From Octopus sinensis (Eukaryota): 40,543 nt of DNA. This document shows positions 13,560 to 26,765 of the stretch, one piece after another. The position numbers and the translations under genes are program-made. Position 1 is the stretch's first letter. Every line of letters starts with the position of its first letter. The notes below the pieces were generated by a model. It was not told where the DNA came from. It saw only the letters and a list, made by a program, of their open reading frames with translations, and did no database searches. The stretch is from NCBI RefSeq assembly GCF_006345805.1, contig NW_021827584.1, positions 1 through 40,543 on the forward strand, read 5' to 3'.

Positions 13560-13915
13560 ATACAATGACTACTCGTCTGATATGAGTACACCATGCATTG
13601 CAACAACATGTGCGGCGTGACATGGGATTCTCATATATACGTAATCAACAGGTGACGTTGCAGATGGGGCCTAATTAGAATTTTCTTCAGGTCGAGTAGC
13701 CCATCCTACTTAAAAAGTCCCTGAATAGGGTTTATTTACGGATATTAAACGAAACAACCATGTTTCCAGAGGCAAATTATTCAAGCCCTAAAGAATTCCT
13801 CTCAACATATGTCTATGATGCTCCCTCAACTACTTCACGTGATCAGAGGTGCACATACAGTCAGCCACAAAGAGACATGCTCAACTAGTAATGGTCAAGC
13901 AATTGCCAAGCCTTG
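13560..13915. mobile_element. Probable interspersed repeat, unclassified
   Basis: High-complexity block (GAGTAGCCCATCC...AAGTCCCTGAATA...CATGTTTCCAGAGG...GTGATCAGAGGTGCACAT) that I recall as a recurrent octopus repeat. There is no second copy in the window to confirm it. Confidence 0.3.
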
Positions 13916-13929
13916 CCTTGCTAGTAGAG

Positions 13930-14005
13930 CACTGGGGTCGATGTAATCAACTATTCCCCTCCCCCAGAATTTCTGACCCTGTGCTTATGATAGAAAGTAT
14001 TATTA
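13930..14005 (+). mobile_element. SINE family B 3' fragment ending in an (ATT)n run
   Basis: CACTGGGGTCGATGTAATCAACT...CCCAGAATTTCTGACCCTGTGC...TAGAAAGTATTATT. Confidence 0.75.
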
Positions 14006-14099
14006 TTATTATTGTTATTATCATTATTGTTATTATTATTATTATCATCATCATCATCATTATCATTATTATATTATTATTAGTAGTAGTATAGTAATA

Positions 14100-14140
<41 letters not shown>
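14000..14140. repeat. Compound trinucleotide microsatellite (ATT)/(ATC)/(TAG)
   Basis: Read directly from the sequence. Confidence 0.95.
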
Positions 14141-14141
<1 letters not shown>

Positions 14142-15567
14142 AGGAGGAAGAGCAGGATGATCATCATAATCATTGTTCTTAACATTTTCATGTGTCGGCA
14201 CTGTTTTTGTTGCTCCTTGGCTTTAAAGTGATATTTGAATATTTATATCTGGGTAACGTGTGGGTATTTTGCTGCAACTATTCACATTAGCGCAAACCGA
14301 TGTGGGTATGCGAATGCTAGTGAGTGTGTGTATGTATATTTATATGTATATATACTCGCGCATACATACACATACACACATATATATAGGGAAGCATGCA
14401 GACAGACAAATTATACCCTATATTTACTGATCGTAGCCTCGTTTCCCTATGTGACAGCTCATCAGAAATATTTCTGATGAGGTAGCAAAACAAGTATTCA
14501 TGTGTAAAATATAAACTGTTGATCTTAACAAATACAATAAACTCTATATTTAGAGTCCTTTCCATAATTTCTACTTCCTCAATTAATCGATCATTCACTC
14601 CAGAAGTTTCTATACGTATATGTATATGTGTGTATTATATACATAGATCTGTCATTAGGGTTATCGAACTAAACGCCGCACCTTCCCCGGATTAAAAATA
14701 CGGTTTAACACACTTTAGCCAACATTTAGCAGACTGAAGTGACTAAACCTTAATTTCACATCAGCCTTATCGTTTCCCTTGAGTTTTCCTTGCGATTTTT
14801 TCGTTGTTTTCCCAGATATCCTCACGTTGTATTAATGTCATTTGAGCCAGAAAGATCACTGAAACGTGCACGGCGCAGCCATGCAAGCTAGCTCGCTTAC
14901 TGCGTAATCCGATCATGAAACTTAAAAGTGTTCACGTATAACTCTTACATTCATTTGATATGTATACTATATCTATATAATATATCATATATATTATATA
15001 ATATATTATATTATATATATATATATATATATCGGACTTTGTTCTTTTAGTTGATTGATAGACACAGCAAAAGTAAAAGACCACTCTATACATTTGAGAA
15101 TATGTGTGTGTGTGTGTGCGTGTGAAATTGCGAATAAATTCGTTAGGTATCTTTAAACGATTAGGTTGTGCCAACAGCAGTTTATATACGTTCTTCTGTG
15201 ATGTATCTGTAGCTCTGATATGTTTTATGAGTTCAACATTACATCTCCAAGCGTTATTATAACCATTTGAGCACAAAAATGTGTACTAGTACATTCGCAC
15301 ATGCACACATATTGCTTTGTTCGCCGAATCGTGAAAACGTTGGAAAATCCCGTTGACATTACTTTCGATGAAAAACGGAGGTCTAGAAAATAAGAACCAT
15401 ATAAGTTACGTCCCCTTTCAAAAGCAATCTGGCCATCATTTGTTGGTTATCTCTGATCATGCAAAGGTCAAACAGTTGACTCTATTTATCTATTTATCTT
15501 CACCAGTGGATGTATAAATAAATAGTAAAATAGCGTGTGTTCGTGCGCGCATATGTGTGTGTGTATG

Positions 15568-15599
<32 letters not shown>

Positions 15600-15766
15600 T
15601 AGAGAGAGGAGGTGAATGACAGGCGGATTTCTATGCCTATGTGTGTATGGGTGTATGTGAGTGCGTATATGTGTATGGGTGTGAGATAATATATCGTAAG
15701 AGATATGTCCTTAGCTGTGACAAGAATAAGCCTGCATAAAACAATTGGATAAAAGTAACTGTTGAG

Positions 15767-15825
15767 CTTCCGGGCTAATAACTCTTTCCTCTATAAATCA
15801 AAGCGGCCATTTTGTCGATGTAAGT
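15767..15825 (+). promoter_or_regulatory. Candidate TCT/5'TOP-type core promoter and short first exon
   Basis: CTTCCGG (ETS-like, 15767-73), CTCTTTCC (TCT initiator-like, 15782-89), GCGGCCATTTTG (YY1-like, 15803-14) and GTAAGT (donor, 15820-25) occur in order within 60 bp. Confidence 0.35.
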
Positions 15826-16272
15826 ATTTTTCCTCACAACCACAAATGACCGTCTGTTACCATTGTTACTGTTGTTGTTGTTAGTATTATTGTTGCGGTT
15901 GTTATTGTTAATGTCACCGTTGTTACGGCTTTTGTTCCAATGCTTGGTTAACGATAACGAAAACGTTTCGTTGGTACTGCCGTCAGTTTTCTGCAGTATT
16001 GTCTAGTTCTTTAATTGCAGCAGTCGCAGTCTTCGTTGGCGTTGTTGCTGTTATTGTTGTTGTTGTTGTTGTTCTTGTTTTAATTGTTGTTGTTCTTTAT
16101 TGTGCTACAAGCAGTTAGCAGCGATGCTGCTGGTGATGCTGATGGTAATGCTGGAGAATGTGGTGTGAAAGTGGAGCTTACGAGATAACATTATTAGAGG
16201 AGTAAAACGTATGAACCAACACACCCGCCACCTACTACTACTACTACTACTACTATACTACTACTACTACTA

Positions 16273-16303
<31 letters not shown>

Positions 16304-16909
16304 ACTGCTGCTATTTTGCATTTTGAAAGGGTATTCCTACCCGGTCTGGCTATTGAAAGATGCCTACAATACTGCTATTATCCTATTTGGCAAAAATCTA
16401 CCCATATAGTCATCACAATGTTTCTTATATACGCCTAATTTAGTATGTGGAGATGGGTGGACACATGCGTGTATATGTGTGCATATATATATACATATAC
16501 ATACATATATATATATGTATATATATATATTTATATGTATATATATGTATATATATACATATATATGCCCACACACACCTACATACAGTGAGAGAGATGG
16601 GGAAAGATGTGAGTGTATATCTCTGCAAATTTAGCAGACAGCTGTTGCAAGACTTTTCACTGTGTGTGTGTATGTGTGTGTACCTACTCAGTTACTTCAT
16701 AAACACATGCGCACGCGCGCGCTCAAATACAACACACACACACACACACGCGCGTGTGTAGATACACATGTACATAAGTAGTACAATTATAAGTATTAAG
16801 TCATACATACTCCCTTACGCAAAACTGAACAAGCGAAAGTTTATTCTTTATATGAAGTGTAAATGGAGATTATTGAATGATTTCCCATGTATCTATGTAT
16901 GTATGTATA

Positions 16910-16965
<56 letters not shown>

Positions 16966-17404
16966 ATTGCTATATATTTTATAAATAACTACTGTAGAAT
17001 GAAAGATAATAAGAGCCATGGCAAAACAAAATTAATCTCAATGATAAATAGCAAATGTTAGTTGAGTTAAAGTTAGGTGGAAACATCTCATCAGAAAGTG
17101 TTTGAGACTGTTCCTTTTATGACAGGACGCAGAAATCATGCGCCAACACAGTCTACTAGTACTTACAAAAAAGTATAATGTGTACAGAAGTGTTTATAAA
17201 TTGGTTCAAATTTAGTAAATCAGTTCCGTTCACTATTGGTTTTATTATTTATTATTTATTTTGACTTCTGTTTTGTATACCTTGACTTCTTTACCTTCCA
17301 TCTATCACACCTTCTGTATTTTGCTTTCCGCTCTCTATGTGTTTACCTATACAATGGTTTTACTATTTAACCACTGTATGGTAAAGCGAAGGAAAATTAT
17401 TTAA

Positions 17405-17560
17405 GTCGGCGAGCTGGCAACATCGTTAGTACGTTGGGCAAATTGCTTAGCGTTATTTCGTCCGTCTTCACATTCTGAGTTCAAATTCTACCGAGGTCGA
17501 TGTAATCCACTTACTCGCTCACCCGAAACGCTGGCCTTGTACTGAAATTTTCAAATCAAT
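17405..17560 (+). mobile_element. SINE family B with internal deletion
   Basis: The head GTCGGCGAGCTGGCAACATCGTTAG...GAGTTCAAATTC is joined at GAGGTCGA directly to the last module (TGTAATC). Confidence 0.85.
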
Positions 17561-18233
17561 ATACGTGTTCATTCAGTTACATATATGTATATATATATAT
17601 ACACACAATTTAAAAATAGGATAAAATCTTTATAAGAATTTATCAAGTAGTCAGCGGTGTACAAAACCTCATAAGGGAAAATTAATAATTATTCCCTTAT
17701 GAAATATATATATATGTGTATATATATATATGTGTGTGTGTGTGTGTGCGTGTGTATACACACAGAGAGGAAAATTGAACTCAGTATATGTATATGTTTA
17801 TTAGTATTTAGCAGAAATAACAAAGTGACTCAAGTACTGAGAATTTCGTGCGTTGGCACGCACACACACCGTTTCTGGACTTAGCAGGTTTGTATAAATG
17901 TATATATATACATATCACGTGGATATTTTTTCCCTCGCGTCCTTACATACTAACACCACAAACACTTCATATTCTTTATTTTCTAAATTATTATTAGACT
18001 TCGTAGGAAGAACTGGCCCCCATCTGGCTCACAAGATCTAGCTATTTTGGCCCGCATGGACAAAATCGATTGATACACTTGATCTAGCATTTATATTCTA
18101 TCACCATCAGCAAATTGAACTTGTAGGATTATGTGAGTGGTTTACAAATACAACGAATCACTTGCAGCGAATCTGATCTGGCGGAAGCATTTACAGATAA
18201 TCCAATATGCCTACCTTCACGAGAGATAGTTGA

Positions 18234-18313
18234 GTTGCTGTTCTTGTAAAGACCCTGATCAACAGGGAAATAGTAAATGTATGATGGAATGCATTACATC
18301 CATGACCTTCCCA
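18234..18313 (-). mobile_element. Family C fragment
   Basis: GACCCTGATCAACAG...GCATTACATCCATGACCTTCCC is complementary to the family C motif. Confidence 0.55.
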
Positions 18314-18961
18314 ATCATAATTATTTCACTTAGATAAATATCTAGAGACCATCATTTCCAAGACTACGAAATCATAGCTGCAATATTTCGCATTTATATA
18401 CTACAGATCACGTGATCATTAGCGAGTTAATTTGGGAGTAAATTTGCTCAAAAAGCAAGCACTGCATGTGTGTGTGTGTGTAAAAGAAACGAATTAAGAA
18501 TAGTGACCATTACATATTTTGCATTTACTGGAGCAAATTTGGCTTTCAGCTGTTTTCAGTTGTTTTAGTAGCCCATCCACGGGTTTACAAAGTAGAATTG
18601 TGATGATCCATATCGTTGGATCATACTACTGGATTACCTGGAGTTCTTCCCTAATCTAAGTAATATTTTTTGCCTGGTGATCCAACAGAGAACTTAAGTA
18701 TTTTACTCTGATTAATAATCCCTCACTATTTAGTGTATATATATATATATAATCTATGTGCCTGTATGTGTGTGAGTATATATCTATACAATCTAAACAC
18801 ACTCGGTCAGTATATAAATAAATATATAGTTGAGCTTCTGTCTACGTCTCTCTACCTCCCACAGTCTGTCTGTATATTCTGTCTTTTACATTCATGTTTA
18901 TGCCTACCAAGTCTGTTGTGTACAGGAAAGATAATTAAAGAGAAGAAAAACACTGATATGA

Positions 18962-19052
<91 letters not shown>

Positions 19053-19403
19053 AGTGTGGGCATACATGATACATACACAGACACTTGATATTTTTGGGTA
19101 TATGTAGATAGAAACACACGTACATACATACATACATATTTGCATACACATGCACACAGTCGTGTGGATGCGTGGATCGATATCAAGGTAAATCGAGAGA
19201 TACATAAAACGAGTGACTAAAAAGGTTGAGTTATGATTTTATACAATGGAAGGAGAAATGGTGGAAAAGATTGATATCAAATAAATCAAGATACGTTTAC
19301 AGAGAAAAACAACATCAGAACACATACGTATAAGCATATATATATTTATATATGCATATAAATATATATATATACATATGCATATATGCATTCATATAGG
19401 TGG

Positions 19404-19451
<48 letters not shown>

Positions 19452-19958
19452 TAAAAAACTTATCAAATAATGAGAAGTAAACAAAAAGTTATGAGATAGA
19501 AATGTAGACTCCTTTTACTCGCCCCTCGTCACCCCTCATTAGTTTTGGTGTGTGTGTGTCGTGTACACATCCGCATATAAATATGTGTGCGTGCGCATAT
19601 ATATACATATATTTTGTGTGTGTATATATATATATATATGTATATTTATGTATATATATACATATACATATATATATATATCTGTGTGTGTGTGGGTGTA
19701 TATATATATGTATTTATACAAGAATGCATATGGATATAAATAGATATATGCATCTATGAACATATAATATACATGCATGTAAATATACATGTGTGTATGT
19801 ATGTGCCTGTACAAGCGCGCGCGTGTGAGTAGTTTGTATATTCAATAATAGTTTTACCCCTGCTGGGGAAACTACAGGAATAAATTTGTTTCCAAAATGC
19901 CTTTTTATCCTATATATCTAATGTTTTTTTGCTACCGCTTACAATAATAATAAAATAT

Positions 19959-19989
<31 letters not shown>

Positions 19990-20229
19990 GACGGCAAGTA
20001 CACGTGAGCTGAACCTTGGAGGTTGTAATGGAGTGATACGTGGAAGGGGAGGAGGGAAAATAAAGAAAATATAGAGATTCGATTTTTATACAAAAATATA
20101 TAAAGGCATACACGCCTCCCCACAACGTACACAAAGCCACACACACGCGCGTACACCCCTCACATGCAATTGCTTCAGAGGCTACACTCAGCCTACACAC
20201 ATTGCCGTTCATATACATGTATACATGCG

Positions 20230-20345
20230 GTTATATGATATATATATATATATATATATATATATCTATATATATATATATATATATTTATATGTGTATT
20301 GAATTTTGCTTATATGTGTATGTGTAATGCATGCTTCTTTGTGTC

Positions 20346-20389
<44 letters not shown>

Positions 20390-20627
20390 CCATATATAAT
20401 ATATATATCCCCAGAGACACACTCACATTTATATATATAACATATATATATATATATATTGATATATATACGTATATACATTGGTATACATTATACATTA
20501 GGTTTGTATGTATGTATTTATGTGTGGTATGTATGTACGTTGTATGTATATATGTATTATATATATATATAATATATATATATATAATATATATATATAT
20601 GTGTGTGTGCGTGTGTGTCTGTATATT

Positions 20628-20667
<40 letters not shown>

Positions 20668-20870
20668 GTATATTTGGTATATATATATATATATATATAT
20701 TATAATATATATATATATATAGTAGTATACTATATGTGAGTGTATGTATATGTATAAATTTATACGTATATACATATATATGTATATATTTTGTACACAT
20801 ATATTTGTATGCATATGTATATATATTATTTAACACACACACACACACAGACACATATATATATGCACAT
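20230..20870. repeat. Interrupted (TA)n/(TG)n/(CA)n field
   Basis: Read directly from the sequence. Confidence 0.9.
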
Positions 20871-21249
20871 TTATTTTTATTTGCATGTAAACAGACGTTT
20901 GTGTGTATATCCATGCAAGCATACATGCGGAGGTGTAGATATGTTTTTATAGTCTTGGCTATATAATCTCTATCTTAATGGAGGAAAATAGAAAAAAAGA
21001 AAGAGAAACAATATAGATAGGGTGGAGAAGGAGTAGAAGAGGCAGAAAATAAGAAAGACCGAAGGGGCGTGAGAAGCGGGGGGTTCAGGCTTTACAAAAG
21101 CTGTTTTTCAAGCAACTCAGCTGGGCAAACATTTCTTCAAGTGAAAAGGTCGGTTTTGTGTCGGCCATTGTAGATATGATTACAATATAGCTAATTTTCT
21201 ATTAAGGTTATTACTTTTTATCTCCAAAAGACGTGAACACCCTCATACA

Positions 21250-21297
<48 letters not shown>

Positions 21298-21405
21298 CAC
21301 ATACAACTTATATGAGTGTGCATATAGGTATATGCATACTCATATATAGACTCAGATAAAAAGTATGTAGTTATGTACATCACAGCATATATGCAAATGT
21401 GAGTT

Positions 21406-21460
<55 letters not shown>

Positions 21461-22560
21461 ATAAACATGCACACAATCACATATATTCAGATGCACACAC
21501 ATACACACACACGTACATAAGCATATATGTGTGAGTACGAACTTAGAAATACATGCATTTATTTTTATATATGGATATATATGCATATGGGTCTCTCTGT
21601 ATCCCTCTCTCTCACTTTGTATGTGTATTTGCGGGTGCAAGTATGTATATAGATAGATATGTATCTCTATCTCTATCTCTCGATGTATATGCACACACAT
21701 ACACATACATGTGTGTGTGTGTGTGTGTGTGAGTAGCATTACATGGATAACCTTGCACACGAAAAAATAAACGAAGGGAATACTTTATATTAAGATATTA
21801 GATTGTTTATACTCGGAGTTTGCTGTATATAACTAGATAAGTTTGTCTTTGTGTTTTTATCCTGGATCGACAACTGCTTTGTTTTATCATCAACTCTCAA
21901 ATATATCATGTAAATGATGATAATGATGATGGTGGTGGTGATGATGATGATTATTTCTTTCATTTGCCCCCAGTGTGAAATTTGTAGCGATTATTACAAA
22001 AGCACACAAAATCATGGCGATTTACCCAGAATACCGAATGAAGTAAAGAAAACATTATATATATACTTATATATATATGATGGCATACAAATGCAAAGAA
22101 GGTGATGCAGTGTTCCTGATACAGGACGATCTCCATACTGATGTCTATCGAAGAATCCCACAGTGCTAGGATCTGCACTATTGAAACGATATACACCAGT
22201 GAGAAAATTTTCTCCACGCATAAAGCAACAATTAGTAAATGTATATATTCTACTTGAAATTTGAAAAATCGTATGAATTTTGTTTGGTACTTTGTCATAC
22301 TGTATTTCTCAAAGATTTGTCTCCCTTTGGAGAAGGGATTACACATCGTCTCTCACTAAACTTAGTAACAAAATTATAATAATATATACACATATATATA
22401 TATTTATAAAATAATGTGACAATTATTCGGTAGCAAAGATAAAACTCTGAGTTTCGGATGCCGAGGTGGAAATCCACACCACCATCTCTTCGGTTATCTG
22501 ACCATATATACATATATATGTATATTGCTTTAATTATAACTACATATATCATATTTGTAT

Positions 22561-22797
22561 AAGCTGTGTCGAAAGAAGCCTACTTCCCAACCACATGGTG
22601 TTGATTTTAGTTCCAATGTGTGGCAACTTGGGCAAGTGCCTTCAACCAAAGCCTCGCGTCGACCAAGGCTTTGTGAGTGGATTTTGTTAGACGGAAATTG
22701 GAAGAAGCAAGTCCTGGGGTCGATTTATCCGACTGAAGGTGGTGGTTCCAGCATGGCCGCTGTCAAATGACTAAAACAAATGAAAGAGTTAAAGAGT
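22561..22797 (+). mobile_element. SINE family A, internally deleted
   Basis: Contains the head, CAACTTGGGCAAGTG, AAGTCCTGGGGTCGATTT, the GGTGGTTCCAGCATGGCCGCTGTCAAATGACT tail and AAAGAGT repeats. Confidence 0.9.
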
Positions 22798-22834
22798 ATA
22801 TGTATGTATAACTACATACAATATTTGTAAGCAA

Positions 22835-23050
22835 CCCAAGGCGGCGAGCTGGCAGAAACGGTAGCACGTCGGGCGAAATGCTTAGCGGTATTTCGTCTGT
22901 CTTTATGTTCTCAGTTCAAACTCCGCCGAGATCGACTTTGACTTTCATCCTTTCGGGGTCGATAAATTAAGTACCAGTTGCGTACTGGAGTTGATCTAAT
23001 CGACTGGCCACCTTCTCCAAAATTCGGTCCTTGTGCGTAGAGTAGAAAAG
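22835..23050 (+). mobile_element. Full-length SINE family B with a 15-bp target-site duplication
   Basis: Has the GGCGGCGAGCTGGCAGAAACGG head and GTTCAAACTCC B-box. It is flanked by perfect AATATTTGTAAGCAA at 22820-22834 and 23051-23065. Confidence 0.95.
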
Positions 23051-24454
23051 AATATTTGTAAGCAAACTCGAATATGTTATTATACAGTTATATATGTATG
23101 TATGAATTAATTACATTTCTCCCTAACTAGTCATAGATATTAAGTTCTAACTCGCTGAAAAACGGTGTTTGGTACAACATGCAATGGGTCCCGTATCATC
23201 TCTAACCGTTCCTGCAAACGAAGATCCTGGCCGTTGTCCAGTCTCAGTCGTTGAATTTTACTTATTCTCTTAATAATTAAAATTGTAACTGGGGATTGAT
23301 ATAACAGTGAAAACTATTTCTTACTTGACATACATATATTGAGTATCAAGAAATCTAATCACCAGCTGATATCGATCTATTTATATATATATTTCAATTT
23401 ATTTCATTTCGATTACTGAAATCTGGAAACGTCTTACTTCATAGGTTCTTTATTACCCTCTCCCTAAAGGATTCTTTTATTGTGCGTAGACCAACGTGTG
23501 TGGACACTACATTGTAAAAAAATAATTGCTATTTGTGGTGGCCTCTATGAAAGATTTGGGTCATAAAGGGCATTAAGGGCTTTGAGAAAGGCATGAAGGT
23601 TACAGAATCACAATTTTACCCACCACCCACCTGTACAGCAGCCACCTTGTACCTATATAAATGACTGTTATTATACCTACCACACTAATTCAGACATGTC
23701 TTCACGTGTTCTTACCAATGTGTATGTATATGTAGCTTCTACCGTGTTTCACTATACGTCATTACTTAATTACACGTTCCATTAGTTAGTCAGTTAATTA
23801 CTCACTGACTTAATTAGTTGGTTTGTGAGTTTTAAATCTTGTTTTATTTATTTTGTTTGTATATTTTTCTCGCGGTTTTCTTTCTTTTCTTCCCCTCTAT
23901 CTTCCTCCTCCACAAAACAACTATTTTATTATTATTTTTTTAAAGTTTTTTTTAATTATTATTATTCATGTTGCCTAGTATACGTCAATGTATTAATTTA
24001 CCGCCGTTGCTTTCGTCATCATTGTTGTTATTGTTGTTAATTACGATGATGATGATGATGATTATGTTAGCGATGGTGGTGGTTATGATGTTGATGCTAA
24101 TTAGTCACTAATTAATGATGATAGGTTAAGAGGAATGTGATGGTATTCAGATAGGTAACACGTATGTCCACTTTGCTCCGGCTGGAACCATCAAACGAGA
24201 GATAAGACCGACATTCGACAGGTTATTCTGACATGCATTTGTTTCTTTTCTTTCTATTTGTTTAACACTATTTAATCTCGTATTCTCATAAATTACTCCC
24301 GATCCAGATCCAGCGGCATGAGATAATCCAAACTGGATTAAATCTGTCCAGGAATGATCAACAGTTAACAAAGGAGTTATGAGCAATAATGTTGGTGCAA
24401 AGGTTAGTGTTGTCAAATGATTGACTCAAGGTTTAAACTGACCAAGTCGTGAAA

Positions 24455-24575
24455 GCGTGGGGGTTAAATTACCTTGCTGTATTCGTTATGACTCTTTTCA
24501 GAGTTCAAATCCCATCAAGGTCAACGTTGACGCTCATTCTTTCGAATCGATAAATAGTCCTGTACTGGTCGATTC
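24455..24575 (+). mobile_element. Degenerate SINE family B
   Basis: TTCAGAGTTCAAATCCCATCAAGGTCAAC...TTCGAATCGATAAATAG...ACTGGTCGAT. Confidence 0.6.
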
Positions 24576-25389
24576 TCTTCTATCCTCACTCTCTCTTTCT
24601 CTTTCACCCCCACCCCACTCAATCACTCACTCTCACACACGCATACACACTTACACGTTCTCACACCTTTGCTCCCCTCCCTCCCTTTCTATCTGTGTAT
24701 GTATCTTGAAGAATTTTACTGCGATCAGCTCTACAAAGTTTTGGATTCCGCCGGACTAAGAATGCCTAAGACACATTAAATGTCCCCACGACTTAAAAAA
24801 GCCTTCATGGCCATTGTACTAATTGTAGTTGTTTTATGAGCAAGGTCTGGAGGAAGGAGCAACACCCAACTGACATATAATAATTTCCTCGTGAAACATT
24901 TGACTTTGCAGTGAGCACATCAGTATATCTTGAAACTAATCCGTGACTTCTTTTATTCACCCTTCAACTCCATTCAACTAACATTTACGGTCAATGAGGG
25001 GACCTGTACATAGCCAGCCAATCACGTACAGGTTCTGCATGAAAAATATCCTGTAAGATATTCTACTTGGCCGTCACTCGTGTCCACGTACGACTTAATA
25101 ACAGCTAAGGGTTCTTTACTTCAAATATAATGAAAAATCTTCAACGATGTTTTTCCTTTTTTCTACTTTGTAACCAGAAGGTTCTGTAACACACCCCTGG
25201 CCGCAAATATTTCAAAATATTTTTCGTAGGGCTCGTGCAGTTGGTCTTATTCTAACACTGGTGTTTGAATCAGTTTAACATAGTGCCATGTACCCCTTTC
25301 ATTATATATAGTACACTGTCATCGTATGTGGTCACTTTCTTCTACCACGCAATCCAATTTTAGCTTCAATGAGATCTAGTGAAATAGAC

Positions 25390-25476
25390 TACGTCTTAAA
25401 ATAAGATGGGCTGATCATGTCTGGAACGGCTTTCATCATTCATCTGCACGGTCAGGACGAATTTTGGGGTTAAATC
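25390..25476 (+). mobile_element. Family C fragment
   Basis: GATCATGTCTGGAACGGCTTTCATCAT...TCTGCACGGTCAGG...TGGGGTTAAA. Confidence 0.6.
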
Positions 25477-25574
25477 ATATATAAATTAAAGTAACATGGA
25501 TTTAGAGTTATTTATTCTATTCGACTCGAGTCGAAAATTCTGATATCATGCACTACATCTAAGCATAACACGAA

Positions 25575-25626
<52 letters not shown>

Positions 25627-25783
25627 ATACATAAGTTAATCTAGCGTACATTTTCACAAAGCTACCAGTTTGTTTTTAACCAGACTGCAAACTTGATCGA
25701 ATCAACTCAAGCTGAATTTAACGCATCTAGTCTATATTTATGGTTTTAGATAACAATTGAATTGATAAAAACCAGTTAGCCTT

Positions 25784-25862
<79 letters not shown>

Positions 25863-26149
25863 ATCATTCTGAACCCGGCTTTCTGAACACCCAAACAATA
25901 TACGCTCATCTAAGCAAAGTTCTCCACAAAATCTAAGGCGGCAGGCTGTTCAAAAGAAGGATGTAATTTGGAAGGAGGAGCATCTGTTTTCTACGTATAT
26001 TTCATTACCATCTGGGTTGTATTTCACCTGGCGAAAACTCTCTTTCAACTTGCCGACAATCTAAGTAAATAGATAAGAAATTTTAAACATGATTGTTCTC
26101 TCTCTTTCTCTCTCTCGCTCCCTCTTCCTCTCCACTGTTTGTGTGTGTG

Positions 26150-26195
<46 letters not shown>

Positions 26196-26619
26196 TCCAT
26201 TTGAATTCACACACATTACACATGACTAACAGACACAATCGTTACATTGAGTTATAAGAAAAACTTGCACACCCACACCTGTGTATACCTGTGCTCATTG
26301 GCCACAACACAAATACACAGATAAAGAAGAAAGCGACCAAGGAAGCATCTGCATAGCTACCCAATACACTAAAAATAACACCAACGTGAAATGTCCCAGT
26401 ATATCGTGCCCTAACCTCTGAGAAAAATATGCGACAAACTGGATAATTTAGCCGTAAAGGATATTAAATCTGGAAAAAAGACAGAATGGTCACGGAGAGT
26501 ATACTTTTCATAAGTCTGATTTTAAGATCTGGATGCGAACATTGACTTAATTCTCAAAAACAGTGGATGGGCTAAATTGTATGAGCTTTGAAGAAAATGT
26601 CATGTAATACATGTATCAG

Positions 26620-26765
26620 CTCCTTCTTTACGTTCTGAGTTCAATTCCTGCCGATGTCATCTTTGGTTTTTATCGTACTGGGAGCTATAAAATAAAGTTC
26701 TGTGGTTCATTTAAACTAGCTCACTATCCCAAATCTTAGGCCTTGTGCTTTTAATAGAATCAGTT
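26620..26765 (+). mobile_element. Degenerate SINE family B
   Basis: TTTACGTTCTGAGTTCAATTCCTGCCGA...CCCAAATCTTAGGCCTTGTGC...TAGAA. Confidence 0.65.

Noticed and set aside
14085-16285. (TAG)n at 14085-14140 and (CTA)n at 16231-16285 as a long-range inverted repeat
   Set aside because: Only simple repeat is shared and the flanks are unrelated.
18600-18711. C/D-box snoRNA-like GTGATGA...CTGA
   Set aside because: No terminal stem and no convincing D'/C' boxes; likely chance.
21960-22346. 128-aa hydrophobic ORF on the minus strand
   Set aside because: Composition reflects AT-rich DNA and a (TA)n run; no domain is recognisable in any frame.
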